In this document: piece after piece, positions 46,041 through 55,539 of the stretch | Layout: each line of letters starts with the position of its first letter | Position numbering within the stretch: the stretch's first letter is position 1 | Assembly (NCBI GenBank): GCA_963743835.1 | Contig: CAVUQX010000004.1 | Span: 2,560-66,559, forward strand | DNA from: Candidatus Dormiibacterota bacterium | Lineage (GTDB): Bacteria > Chloroflexota > Dormibacteria > Aeolococcales > Aeolococcaceae | Direction of reading: 5' to 3' | DNA: 64,000 nucleotides | Program-made: the position numbers and the translations under genes | The notes under the pieces: generated by a model | The model's database searches: none | Told to the model about the DNA's origin: nothing | Seen by the model: only the letters and a program-made list of their open reading frames with translations

Positions 46041-46952
46041 GTGTCCACCCGCATCAGTCGCCCATCGCGGAGGCTCACGACCCTGCCTGACGTTGTTCTG
46101 GCAACCTGCTCCGTTCTCCCCGATCTCGACCCCGACGAGAGGTCGCTCATCCCTGCGCTCGGTGCGCACGGCCTGGTCGCCGAGCCTCGGGTGTGGGACG
46201 ACCCGTCCGTTCAATGGGCCGGCATTACCCTCGTGGTGGTGCGCTCGACCTGGGACTACGCCGAACGTCGCGACGCCTTCCTCGCCTGGTGCGCCGATGT
46301 CCCCCGGGTGCTCAACTCCGTGCCGGTGATCACCTGGAACACGGACAAGGCCTACCTGCGAACCCTCGCCGCCGCGGGCATCCCGATCGTGCCAACGCTG
46401 TGGATCGCGACCGACATTGGCGCTGGGCCGTTCGTTCTTCCGGATGGTGATCTGGTGGTGAAGCCGTCGATCTCCTCCGGGGCGCAGCACACTTCGCGGT
46501 ACGGCGGAGCCGACCGGGACGCAGCGCGAAAGCATGTCGAACGCTTGCTCACGGAGGGACGCGACGTCATGGTGCAGCCATACGTCAGCTCCGTCGACAC
46601 CGACGGGGAGACCGGTCTTATCTACATCGACGGCGCGTTCTCGCATGCGATCCGCAAGGGGCCGCTCCTTCGCACCCCGGGCATCGCCACCGATCAGCTC
46701 TGGGCAATCGAGGAGATCACCCCCCGAACGCCGGACGCCGACGAGCGGACCCTGGCGGAGGCAGTGCTGGACGCGCTTCCCTGGCCCCGAGACGAGTTGC
46801 TGTATGCCCGGGTCGACGTCGTTCGGGGTGGCGACGGGGCGCCGCTGCTGCTGGAGCTCGAGCTCGCCGAGCCGTCGCTGTTCCTAGGACTCGGTTCCGG
46901 TGCGGCTGCGCGGCTCGCGGAGGCGATCGCCCGACGCATCGGGCAGGGCTGA
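46041..46952 (+). CDS. ATP-grasp (RimK/glutathione-synthetase-like) domain protein
   Basis: ORF 46041..46952: NTDKAYLRTLAAAGIPIVPT...LVVKPSISSGAQHTSRY...VMVQPYVSSVDTDGETGLIYIDGAFSHAIRK...LYARVDVVRGGDGAPLLLELELAEPSLFL. The family call is by motif pattern only. Confidence 0.6.
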   Translation: MSTRISRPSRRLTTLPDVVLATCSVLPDLDPDERSLIPALGAHGLVAEPRVWDDPSVQWAGITLVVVRSTWDYAERRDAFLAWCADVPRVLNSVPVITWNTDKAYLRTLAAAGIPIVPTLWIATDIGAGPFVLPDGDLVVKPSISSGAQHTSRYGGADRDAARKHVERLLTEGRDVMVQPYVSSVDTDGETGLIYIDGAFSHAIRKGPLLRTPGIATDQLWAIEEITPRTPDADERTLAEAVLDALPWPRDELLYARVDVVRGGDGAPLLLELELAEPSLFLGLGSGAAARLAEAIARRIGQG

Positions 46953-47085
46953 CAGAGTTCGGGCTGATCTTCTCGCGAGAGGCACGCTCGACCCGGTTGG
47001 TGATGATCAGCCGAGTGACCAGGGCGCTGAAGGTCTCATCGGGCCCGAGTGGCTCCTGGCGCGACTTGGAGAGACGCGCGCTCAT

Positions 47086-49908
47086 CTAGGATGCCCTCCC
47101 CGAGGCGGCGCTGTCGGAGCGCCGAACCATGCGGCGCCCGGTGGCGTTCTCCGAACGGCGGGATCCTTCCCGAGGGATGCCGATGCGCTCGACACCGTTG
47201 GCGTCCTCGCGCTCCTGCGCCGCGGGAGCTGCGCGGCTGCGCGACGGTGTATAGCGCGGACGGAGCGGACGCAACGTGTCCCGCGCCCTCCATGCAGCCG
47301 CAGCGTCGAGGAGGTCCGCGGCGACCGTGGGCCGCCCCAGCCCGAAACCCTGGCCGAGCGGGATGTCCAACGAACGGATCTGATCGCTGACCAGCTCGTT
47401 TTCGACACCCTCGGCGATAACGATCGAATCGTGGGCGCGCGCGAACTTCAGGGCGGTGTTGATGGCTGCGCGCGCGCTCCGGCGCGCGGCGTTCATGGTC
47501 AGGCTGCGCGCCAGCTTGACGAATTCGGGCTCAGCGGTTTCGAGCAACTCCGTGGTTGCGAATCCCTCGCCAAGGTCGTCGATCGCAAACCGGATGCCCG
47601 CACTGCGATACGACGTGAGCACGATACGGAGCCGATCGAGGTCGCGAACACTCTCGTGCTCGCCGATCTCGAGAATGAGGCGGTACGGAGAACGTCCCGT
47701 CCACTCGAGCAGCAGGAGCAGCTGATCGACGTCGTGCAGCGGATCGAGCAGTGCCGCGACGCTCACATTCATGAAGAGCGGCATCTCCGCCGGAAGCGAC
47801 GTCGCCTGGCTCAACGCTGCGCGCCGGCACAACCAGTCGAGATCGCGGATGTGACCCGATCGATGAGCCACCTCGAAGAGCGTCTCCACACTGTCCGACG
47901 CGCCATATCCCTCCGGTCGCGCCAGTGCCTCGTACCCGGCCACGTGTCCGTCGTTGAGATCGACGATCGGCTGGTACACCGAATGGATCGGTCGCCCGGA
48001 CACCAGCTCGCCGATCAGCTCGGTGACCGAGGATCCGGACGGTGTGACCTGCTCCGCGCCGTCGACATGCCGCCCGACCACGCGGTCACGCCCGCTTCGC
48101 TTCGCCTCGTACAGGCATTCGTCGGCACGTCGCCACGCGGACATCGGATCCGTTCCCGCCGGAGCCGACGCCCAGCCAAGGCTGATGTTGGAACGACCTC
48201 CTGGAGTGGGGACGAGATGCATGGCGGCGCGGAGGCGTTGCGCTGCGGACGCCGCTTCGGCGGGGTCGACGTCGAGGAGGATCGCCGCGAACTCGTCGCC
48301 ACCGACTCGGGCGATGACGTCCCAGCCGCGCAACATCAACGCGAGGGTGGTCGCCACCGTCCGCAACACGGTGTCGCCGGCCTCGTGACCGAACTCGTCG
48401 TTCACCCGCTTCAGGTGATCGACGTCGATCGCGAGAATCGCGAACGGCCGCCGCGGAATCGTCCCGAGGATGCGGTCGAACTCGCGGCGGTTCTTCAGCC
48501 CGGTGAGGCGGTCGGTGCTCGCCAGCTCCGCCATCCGGAGCGCCTCCTCGCGCAGCGCGCCCTCCGCGCGAATCCTAGCGACAACGTGGCCTGCCTCGGC
48601 GCCGATCTCGGTGATCGACTCCGCGGTGAGCGTCTCAACGGTCGGCAGCGTCTCGAAGAAATACGCGAGCACGCCGACCCTGCCGGTCGGCGTGACGATC
48701 GGACATGCGATCGCCGCGCGCACTCCCAGGGCGACCGCGGCGGCGATCTGCGTCGACGTCCCGAGCTCGTTGAGGTCCGGGACCGTGACCAGCGTGCCCG
48801 TGGTTCGCACGCGCGCGATGAGAGCGTCGAGCGGCCCCGAGGCACCCTCCGCGGCGACGTCGAGCGCATCACGGGTGGCACGTGGGAATGCGTGCCGTGA
48901 CGTTGACTCCCGGCGTGCCTGCTCCTGGCGCGCCACGAACATCTCGCTGAATGTCGCCCCCAGCCTGTGCGTGGTCAGCTCGAGGATGATGTCCGCCGCC
49001 GCGTCGACGTCCGCGCAATCGGTGAGCGCGCGCACCAGGGAGAACTGCAGATCCCGGCGTCGCTGCTCCGATTCCTCCGTGAGGTCACGGGTGACCGAGA
49101 AGAAGCCGCGCAGCTCACCGTTGTCGCCATACATGGCAGTAATCGACACGCTTGCCCAGAAGCGGCGTCCATCCTTGCGAACCTGCCAGGTCTCGTGCAG
49201 CAGCTCGCCGGCAACCGTGCCTGCCCTCTCCCCCGAACCGCTGACCGGCCACCCTCTCGGGTACAGCACCGAGTAGTGGCGTCCGATCATGGTCTCGGCC
49301 GGGTAACCGAAGATCCGTTCAGCGCCCGTGTTCCAGCTGAGCACGGTCCCGATCGGATCGACGGTCATGAGCGCTTCGTCGAATACCCCGTCGACCAGCG
49401 CCCGCAGGCTCTTCTCACTCCGGCGAATCCCCTGTTCCGACGCCTCTCGCTCGGTGACGTCGCGCAGCGTCACCAGAAGGCGTTCGCCATGTCTGCTGAT
49501 TCGGACGTCGCACACCCGGTCGGTGGACACGTCCGCTCGGAGGACGCGATACCGCATCCCGTCGATGGCGCAGGGAATGTCGGTCTCGAGCACATCACGG
49601 AACGCCGCGATCAGCGCGGTGGCCTCACGCTGCTCGAGGTTGAGGAATCGCGTGCCAATGAGCGCACCAGTCTTAAGACCGTCATCCGCGAGCTCTGCGG
49701 CAAGCTCCGCCGCGGCCGAATTTGCGTAGTCCACGCGAAAGTCGGAGACCGTCCGTCGGCGACCGTACACAGGAGAGAGGATGAGCACGGCGTCGGCCAT
49801 GGCTTCGAGCCAGAACTGATCGCCCGCGTCCAAAACCCCTGGTTCCGGAAAACTGCGTTCCGCAGCCACGCTACCAGCCTCTCCTTTGGTCGCCGTTTGT
49901 AATCGCAA
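47086..49908 (-). CDS. PAS-PAS-GAF-GGDEF-EAL c-di-GMP signalling protein (940 aa, intact)
   Basis: ORF 47086..49908: RLTGLKNRREFDRIL...DVDHLKRVNDEFGHEAGDTVL...ARVGGDEFAAILLD (GGDEF); YQPIVDLNDGHVAGYEALARP...IEIGEHES...FAIDDLGEGFAT...VIAEGVENE...GQGFGLGRP (EAL). Confidence 0.9.
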   Translation of the reverse strand: MRLQTATKGEAGSVAAERSFPEPGVLDAGDQFWLEAMADAVLILSPVYGRRRTVSDFRVDYANSAAAELAAELADDGLKTGALIGTRFLNLEQREATALIAAFRDVLETDIPCAIDGMRYRVLRADVSTDRVCDVRISRHGERLLVTLRDVTEREASEQGIRRSEKSLRALVDGVFDEALMTVDPIGTVLSWNTGAERIFGYPAETMIGRHYSVLYPRGWPVSGSGERAGTVAGELLHETWQVRKDGRRFWASVSITAMYGDNGELRGFFSVTRDLTEESEQRRRDLQFSLVRALTDCADVDAAADIILELTTHRLGATFSEMFVARQEQARRESTSRHAFPRATRDALDVAAEGASGPLDALIARVRTTGTLVTVPDLNELGTSTQIAAAVALGVRAAIACPIVTPTGRVGVLAYFFETLPTVETLTAESITEIGAEAGHVVARIRAEGALREEALRMAELASTDRLTGLKNRREFDRILGTIPRRPFAILAIDVDHLKRVNDEFGHEAGDTVLRTVATTLALMLRGWDVIARVGGDEFAAILLDVDPAEAASAAQRLRAAMHLVPTPGGRSNISLGWASAPAGTDPMSAWRRADECLYEAKRSGRDRVVGRHVDGAEQVTPSGSSVTELIGELVSGRPIHSVYQPIVDLNDGHVAGYEALARPEGYGASDSVETLFEVAHRSGHIRDLDWLCRRAALSQATSLPAEMPLFMNVSVAALLDPLHDVDQLLLLLEWTGRSPYRLILEIGEHESVRDLDRLRIVLTSYRSAGIRFAIDDLGEGFATTELLETAEPEFVKLARSLTMNAARRSARAAINTALKFARAHDSIVIAEGVENELVSDQIRSLDIPLGQGFGLGRPTVAADLLDAAAAWRARDTLRPLRPRYTPSRSRAAPAAQEREDANGVERIGIPREGSRRSENATGRRMVRRSDSAASGRAS

Positions 49909-49953
49909 GTGATTTTGCGTGCCAGTTGCCGTTCCTTCCGGTGCGGCATAATC

Positions 49954-49983
49954 TGGGACACGTCAACCAACACGTCTGTCCCA
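49954..49983. promoter_or_regulatory. TGGGACA-N16-TGTCCCA inverted repeat enclosing a direct ACACGTC repeat, in the divergent GGDEF-EAL / Crp-family promoter region
   Basis: TGGGACACGTCAACCAACACGTCTGTCCCA, read directly in the 137-bp gap between 49908 and 50046. Confidence 0.3.
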
Positions 49984-50045
49984 CAGCGCACATAGGTAAG
50001 GTCATTCCTAGTCCGGGCATGAGTTGAGACGCGACCGGTGAGATC

Positions 50046-50780
50046 GTGCGGTCCGGTGCGAACAGGATTCTGACCGCCCTGCCTTCGTCTGATCGAGATG
50101 ACCTTCTCGGTCTTGTGAGAAGCGTCAGCCTGCCCGTCAAAACGGTGCTCTTTGAACCGGGAGCGCCGATAGGTGCCCTCTATTTCCCGACCGATGGGGT
50201 CATCTCGCTGGTCACACCGTTGCACGACGGCGCGATCGTCGAGGTGGCCACGATCGGTAATGAGGGGATCGTCGGTGTTCCGCTGGTGCCGCAGAATGGT
50301 CTGGCGGTGCGGGCCATCTCACAGGTGGCGGGCCACAGCCTGCGCATCGATGCCGACGCGTTCCTAGCGTTGACCGTTCGCAGCACTGCATTTCGCGCAC
50401 TGGTCGACAAATACACGCAGGCCCTCTTCGGCCAGATATCCCAGGCCGCCGCCTGCAATCGGCTCCATTCGAGCGAGGAGCGCCTGAGCCGCTGGCTCCT
50501 GATGAGCCACGATCGGGTCGGCTCTGACCAATTCGTGATCACCCAGGAGTTCCTTGGGCAGATGCTCGGGGCCCGTCGATCGACGGTCTCGGTGTCGGCC
50601 GGCATCCTGCAACGGGCGGGTCTGATCCGCTACGTCCGCGGGCACGTGACCATCGTCGACCGGGCCGGCCTCGAGGCCGTCTCCTGCGAGTGTTACGGCG
50701 TGATCCGTTCCGAGCTCGAGCGGGTTGTTGATGGCCCGGCACCGCACCCTCCCTCGAAGGCAACGCCCGGCGTCCAGTGA
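50046..50780 (+). CDS. Crp/Fnr-family transcriptional regulator
   Basis: ORF 50046..50780. cNMP-binding-like LFEPGAPIGALYFPTDGVISLV. HTH ITQEFLGQMLGARRSTVSVSAGILQRAGLIRY. Confidence 0.85.
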   Translation: MRSGANRILTALPSSDRDDLLGLVRSVSLPVKTVLFEPGAPIGALYFPTDGVISLVTPLHDGAIVEVATIGNEGIVGVPLVPQNGLAVRAISQVAGHSLRIDADAFLALTVRSTAFRALVDKYTQALFGQISQAAACNRLHSSEERLSRWLLMSHDRVGSDQFVITQEFLGQMLGARRSTVSVSAGILQRAGLIRYVRGHVTIVDRAGLEAVSCECYGVIRSELERVVDGPAPHPPSKATPGVQ

Positions 50781-51700
50781 CCGGCCCGCCGACAGGGCGG
50801 CAGTACGAGCTGCTCGAGGGGACGCAACGAGCCGTCGTCGTTGAGCTGGGGGCAGGACTGCGCGAGTACCGCTCGGATGAGGGCGCACTGATCGACGGGT
50901 ATGCGCTCGACGAGACACCCGATGGCGGGCGTGGACAGCTCCTGCTCCCCTGGCCGAATCGCATCGCAGACGCCAGATACCGATTCGCGGGCCAGGAATT
51001 GAGCCTGCCGGTCAACGAGCCGCGGACGGGAAGCGCCATCCACGGCCTTGTCCGCGACACGCCGTGGCGCCATGTCGATTCGTCCACGACCGCGGTGACC
51101 CTGGCCCTCGACCTGCCCCCGCAGGACGGCTACCCATTCACCCTCGCCCTGACTGCGACATACTCCCTGCGCGACGACGGTCTGAGCGTCGAAGTCGTTG
51201 CTCTCAACGCCGGCGAGCGCCCCTGCCCGTACGGCGCCGGGGCGCATCCATACGTCCGCCTCGCAGCAGGCGGCCCGATCGACGATGCACTCTTGCGCAT
51301 CCCCGCGGGAGCAACTCTCGCAGCCGATGACCGCGGCATCCCGACCGGGGTCGAGCTTCCGGTTCAGGGCACCAGCTTCGACTTCCGGGACGCACGCCGG
51401 GTGGGTCCATTGCAGCTCGACACTGCCTTCACGGGGCTCGAGCCCGACGACGACGGGCTCACCCGCATCGCGCTCACGGCGCCCGATGGACGTGGGGGCG
51501 CGGTAGTCTGGATGGACACATCCCACGGCTACGTGATGATCTACAGCGGGGACACGCTCCCCGACGTCGCACGCCGGCGCCGCGGCGTTGCCATCGAGCC
51601 GATGACCTGTGCGCCCGACGCCTTCAACTCCGGTGCCGGATTGCTCGTCCTCCAGCCCGGGGAGCAGCACCGGAGCACCTGGGGCATTTCTCCGCTCTAA
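50777..51700 (+). CDS. aldose 1-epimerase-family protein
   Basis: ORF 50777..51700, with a 4-nt overlap with the upstream gene: GRGQLLLPWPNRIADARYRFAGQELSLPVNEPRTGSAIHGLVR...GAGAHPYV...VAIEPMTCAPDAFNSG. Confidence 0.8.
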   Translation: MTGPPTGRQYELLEGTQRAVVVELGAGLREYRSDEGALIDGYALDETPDGGRGQLLLPWPNRIADARYRFAGQELSLPVNEPRTGSAIHGLVRDTPWRHVDSSTTAVTLALDLPPQDGYPFTLALTATYSLRDDGLSVEVVALNAGERPCPYGAGAHPYVRLAAGGPIDDALLRIPAGATLAADDRGIPTGVELPVQGTSFDFRDARRVGPLQLDTAFTGLEPDDDGLTRIALTAPDGRGGAVVWMDTSHGYVMIYSGDTLPDVARRRRGVAIEPMTCAPDAFNSGAGLLVLQPGEQHRSTWGISPL

Positions 51701-51727
51701 CCCAGTGTTTCGGACAATCGCGGCGAT

Positions 51728-52732
51728 ATGACGTCTGGACCACTGACCCCGCGACGGGTCGCGGCCTGGGGCGCGGCACTGATCATGGTGGGATTGGCCA
51801 GCGGATGCCGCGGATCGTCCGCGGGTGCATCGGCACCGGCCACCAGCCTGCCGGCATCCGCATGCGCCGGATCGGTCTCGACCGGTGACCACACGGTCTC
51901 GATCGTCTCGGGTGGGATGAGCCGCACGGTGGTGGTGCACATCCCGACCGGTTTCACCGACCACACGCCCGTGGCGCTCCTCCTCAACCTCCATGGCTCC
52001 GGCTCAACGGCGGCGGGCCAGGAGGCATTCAGCGGGATGAACCGCGCGGCCGACTCCGATGGATTCATCGTCGCGTACCCGCAGGGGGGGATCCCCTCTG
52101 GCTCGGGATATGACTGGAACGTTCCCGGTCAGCCGCTCTTCGGCGGCGCCTCACCACCACCGAACGCTCCTGACGACGTCGCCTTCCTGGCCCAGACCAT
52201 CCGGACCCTCGAGAAGGGCCTGTGTGTCGACGCGAATCGCGTCTTCGCCACCGGCTTCTCCGGCGGGGCGAGGATGACGAGCCAGCTCGGTTGCGACCTG
52301 TCCACCACCGTTGCCGCAATCGCCCCGGTCAGCGGCCTGCGCCTTCCAGCTTCGTGCGCTGCCGCGCGTGCGGTGCCGGTGATCTCGTTCCACGGAACCG
52401 CCGATCCAATCGATCCGTACACCGGCAACGGGCAGGCCTACTGGACGTACAGCGTGCCCGCCGCGGCGCAACGGTGGGCTGAGCACGACGCGTGCTCCAG
52501 CGCCGCGACGGCGACCCACCCGGCTCCGAACGTCCTGTTGACCGAGTACTCAGGGTGCGCCCGCGGCACCACCGTGGAGCTGTACACGATCAGCGGCGAG
52601 GGCCACGAATGGCCGGGTGGGCCGCGCCTCCCTTCGGATGACACCGGTGTGCTCGGGCCGCAATCGAGCGTCATCGACGCCGACACCACCATGTGGCAGT
52701 TCTTCGATGCGCACCCACTGCCGGTGAGTTGA
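51728..52732 (+). CDS. PHB-depolymerase/LpqC-like esterase lipoprotein
   Basis: ORF 51728..52732. Lipobox LIMVGLASGC. Then LLLNLHGSGSTAAGQ...GFIVAYPQG...FATGFSGGARMTSQLGC...ISFHGTADP. Confidence 0.75.
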   Translation: MTSGPLTPRRVAAWGAALIMVGLASGCRGSSAGASAPATSLPASACAGSVSTGDHTVSIVSGGMSRTVVVHIPTGFTDHTPVALLLNLHGSGSTAAGQEAFSGMNRAADSDGFIVAYPQGGIPSGSGYDWNVPGQPLFGGASPPPNAPDDVAFLAQTIRTLEKGLCVDANRVFATGFSGGARMTSQLGCDLSTTVAAIAPVSGLRLPASCAAARAVPVISFHGTADPIDPYTGNGQAYWTYSVPAAAQRWAEHDACSSAATATHPAPNVLLTEYSGCARGTTVELYTISGEGHEWPGGPRLPSDDTGVLGPQSSVIDADTTMWQFFDAHPLPVS

Positions 52733-52760
52733 CCCCCGGCTCGCATGGTATGAACAACTC

Positions 52761-53528
52761 GTGACCACGACGCTGCGTCCTTCGCTCGCGCTGTTCATCA
52801 GCGAGCCGGCGCGCGCGATTGCCGATTACGGCGCTACGCTCGCGTCCTCGCCGGTCCTGCTTCTCGCAGCTCGGGGCGATGGTCACCCGGTGCTGGTGCT
52901 CCCGGGTCTGCTTGCCGAAGACGCATCCACGGCGACGATGCGGCTGTACCTGCGGTCACTCGGTTACCAGGTGCACGGGTGGCGGCTCGGCCGGAACCTC
53001 GGCCCCACGGCCGCGATTCTCAATGGAATGAGCGCGCGTCTCGAAGAGCTGCACCAGTCCTCTGGGCGGTCCGTGAGCCTCGTGGGCTGGAGCCTTGGCG
53101 GCATCTTCGCTCGCGAGCTGGCTCGCTCCCGCCCGGCGCTCGCACGCCAGGTGATCACGCTCGGGAGTCCGTTCGCCCTCGGAAACCCTGCCGACAGCCG
53201 AGCCGGCTCCGCGTACAGCCGCCTCGGCGTGCTTCACGTGAGCCCGGGCACCCTGCCTCCGCGCGAGCGCCTGTCACGTCCCATCCCGGTGCCCACCACG
53301 TCCATCTATTCGCGGCTCGACGGGGTGGTTCCGTGGCAGGCGTGCATCCACACGCCGGGTCGGCACCGCGAGAACGTCGCGGTGTACAGCAGTCATCTCG
53401 GCATGGGTCACAACGCCGCCGCCCTCTGGGTGATCGCCGATCGCCTCGCGCAACGCGAAGGGGCCTGGCAGCCGTTCCGGGCGCCGTCCCACGCCCGTCA
53501 CCTCTTCCCGGAACGCACCGCCGCCTGA
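52761..53528 (+). CDS. alpha/beta-fold hydrolase
   Basis: ORF 52761..53528: GHPVLVLPGLLAEDAST...VSLVGWSLGGIFARELA. Confidence 0.7.
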   Translation: MTTTLRPSLALFISEPARAIADYGATLASSPVLLLAARGDGHPVLVLPGLLAEDASTATMRLYLRSLGYQVHGWRLGRNLGPTAAILNGMSARLEELHQSSGRSVSLVGWSLGGIFARELARSRPALARQVITLGSPFALGNPADSRAGSAYSRLGVLHVSPGTLPPRERLSRPIPVPTTSIYSRLDGVVPWQACIHTPGRHRENVAVYSSHLGMGHNAAALWVIADRLAQREGAWQPFRAPSHARHLFPERTAA

Positions 53529-54982
53529 CCGTTCGGGGACCGCGAGCGTGAGGAGGCGGCTCGCGACGCGCGCTTCCTGTTCGCCCGTGGTCCGCCGCCC
53601 GTCGTTCCTCCCGCGGCGACGACCAGCTCGCGCATACCTGCCTCGATACCGTCGCGCAGCACGTCGATGTCGGTCACGGTGTCGTAGTCACCGGTGATGC
53701 CGAAGAAGAGCCGCCCGCAGTACGAGAAGATCGCGATGCTGATGCGAACGCTTCCCATGATCGGCACATAGGGGTACGAGTACACCATCCGCCGGCCGAC
53801 CACGAAGAGCGGAAACTGTGGCCCGGGAACGTTGGTCGTGACCGTCTGCAGCGCGTGCTGTGGCGTCCGCGCCGCGAGTCGCGCGCCGAGCGACAGCAGC
53901 ATCGGCGGCGCGAAACCGGCGAGCTTGACCAGGGCGTCGCCCGCGACCGCCTGCTTCGATCCCTTGAGCATCGACAGCTGCCCGGCGATCGCAGTGAGGC
54001 GCTCACCCGGATCGGCGATCGACACCGGTAACCCGGGGAAGATGCCGGACACTCGGTTGTTGTAGGTACCTCGCTCCGAGTCCGACCGCACCGAGACCGG
54101 TACCAGCGTTCGCACCACCCGGTTGGTCACGCCCTCACCGCGATGCAGGAGGAGCGCCCGGAATCCCGCGGTGATGGCCGCGAGCACGACATCGTTGACG
54201 GTCCCGCCGAGACCGTCACGGACGATCTTCACGTCATCAAGGCCGGCCTCAGCCCAACTCCACCGTCGGTGCGGCCCGATCGGCCCGTTGAGCGAGGTGG
54301 CAGAGCGCTTGCTCCATTCGGCGAGCGACCGCAGGAGCACTGCACCCTCCGCGAGCCGCGTTCGCGGTCCCGCGGTGAATTGCAGAGCGCCGGAAAAATC
54401 GCGCAGGCGACCGAGCGGATCGCCGATGGTGCGCAACACCGCATGGGTGGTCACGGTCAAGGTCCCCGGCTCGGGCTCAGGAGCCCACTCGACGGGCGGC
54501 GGCTTTGCCGGCGATGCGGCGGTACTGTCGAACATCACGGTGAGCAGGTCTGTGGCGGAGACGCCGTCGACCATGCAATGGTGCACCTTGGAGATGACCG
54601 CCCATCGACCATGGCGTAGTCCTTCGACCATCCAGATCTCCCAGAGCGGCTTGCTGCGGTCGAGCATTTGAGCGAAGAGCCGACCGGCAAGGTTGCGCAG
54701 CTCGTCCCTGCTCCCAGGTGGCGGCACCGCGGTGTGGCGTATGTGATACAGGATCTGGAAATGAGGGTCGTCGACCCACACCGGCCGTCCGACGCCGCCC
54801 GGGGCGAACCGCACCTTCTGGCGGTATCGAGGAACCAGGGGCAGCTTGCCCGCGATGAGCCGGACCAGGTCGCCATACGCAGGCGCGGGTCCCTCGAGCA
54901 CTGCCACCGATCCGATATGCATCGGGTTGTTGCCGTTTTCAATGTGGAGGAACGCCGCGTCCTGCACGCTCATCACATCCAT
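53498..54982 (-). CDS. wax ester synthase/diacylglycerol acyltransferase (WS/DGAT)
   Basis: ATG 54982 in ORF 53498..55042: MDVMSVQDAAFLHIENGNNPMHIGSVAVLEG...KVHHCMVDGVSATDLL (HHxxxDG), C-terminal NVPGPQFPLF. Confidence 0.9.
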   Translation of the reverse strand: MDVMSVQDAAFLHIENGNNPMHIGSVAVLEGPAPAYGDLVRLIAGKLPLVPRYRQKVRFAPGGVGRPVWVDDPHFQILYHIRHTAVPPPGSRDELRNLAGRLFAQMLDRSKPLWEIWMVEGLRHGRWAVISKVHHCMVDGVSATDLLTVMFDSTAASPAKPPPVEWAPEPEPGTLTVTTHAVLRTIGDPLGRLRDFSGALQFTAGPRTRLAEGAVLLRSLAEWSKRSATSLNGPIGPHRRWSWAEAGLDDVKIVRDGLGGTVNDVVLAAITAGFRALLLHRGEGVTNRVVRTLVPVSVRSDSERGTYNNRVSGIFPGLPVSIADPGERLTAIAGQLSMLKGSKQAVAGDALVKLAGFAPPMLLSLGARLAARTPQHALQTVTTNVPGPQFPLFVVGRRMVYSYPYVPIMGSVRISIAIFSYCGRLFFGITGDYDTVTDIDVLRDGIEAGMRELVVAAGGTTGGGPRANRKRASRAASSRSRSPNGQAAVRSGKR

Positions 54983-55350
54983 CAGCGCACCAGCTTGGAC
55001 TTGCCGGGCTTCGCGCTGCAGGGGACGCAGAGGGCCGCCCACGGCACCGCCTCCAGTCGCTCGCCGGGAATCGGGTTGCCGCAGCTGACGCAGCGTCCGT
55101 AGGTCCCGGCTTCGATCCGGTCGAGCGCCTCGTTGATGTCGGTCACGGTCGCGTAGATGGTTCGGGCCTGGTACGCGTCGGTCATCCTCTCGACGGCATA
55201 TGCGGTGGCGTCGCCGATTCGCTTGCCGAAGCCGAGGTTGGCCACCTCCGCCGGATCGTGCACGCCCAGCTGATCGACCTTGGCGACGATCTCGGATCGC
55301 TTCTTCAGGAGCACGTCGCGTACCTCAGCGTTCCGGGCCCTATCGGCCAT
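54982..55350 (-). CDS. TraR/DksA-family C4 zinc-finger protein
   Basis: ATG 55350 in ORF 54982..55413: MADRARNAEVRDVLLKKRSEI...EALDRIEAGTYGRCVSCGNPIPGERLEAVPWAALCVPC. Its stop overlaps the WS/DGAT start (TGATG). Confidence 0.85.
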   Translation of the reverse strand: MADRARNAEVRDVLLKKRSEIVAKVDQLGVHDPAEVANLGFGKRIGDATAYAVERMTDAYQARTIYATVTDINEALDRIEAGTYGRCVSCGNPIPGERLEAVPWAALCVPCSAKPGKSKLVR

Positions 55351-55539
55351 CGTCTGCCGCCTCAGGCAGTCGGGCGGAGCGGGGATTCGCCGGCTCCTGG
55401 TTCCGGTGTCCACAGGCGGGACAGCGACTTATCCCGCGAAGCGTACGCCGCTCTCCGCCCGGTCGAGTTCGAGCGTATCCAGTTCGGAAGGACTGTCTGA
55501 AACACGAAATAAGGCGATTTGCCGACGGATAGCGACCAT

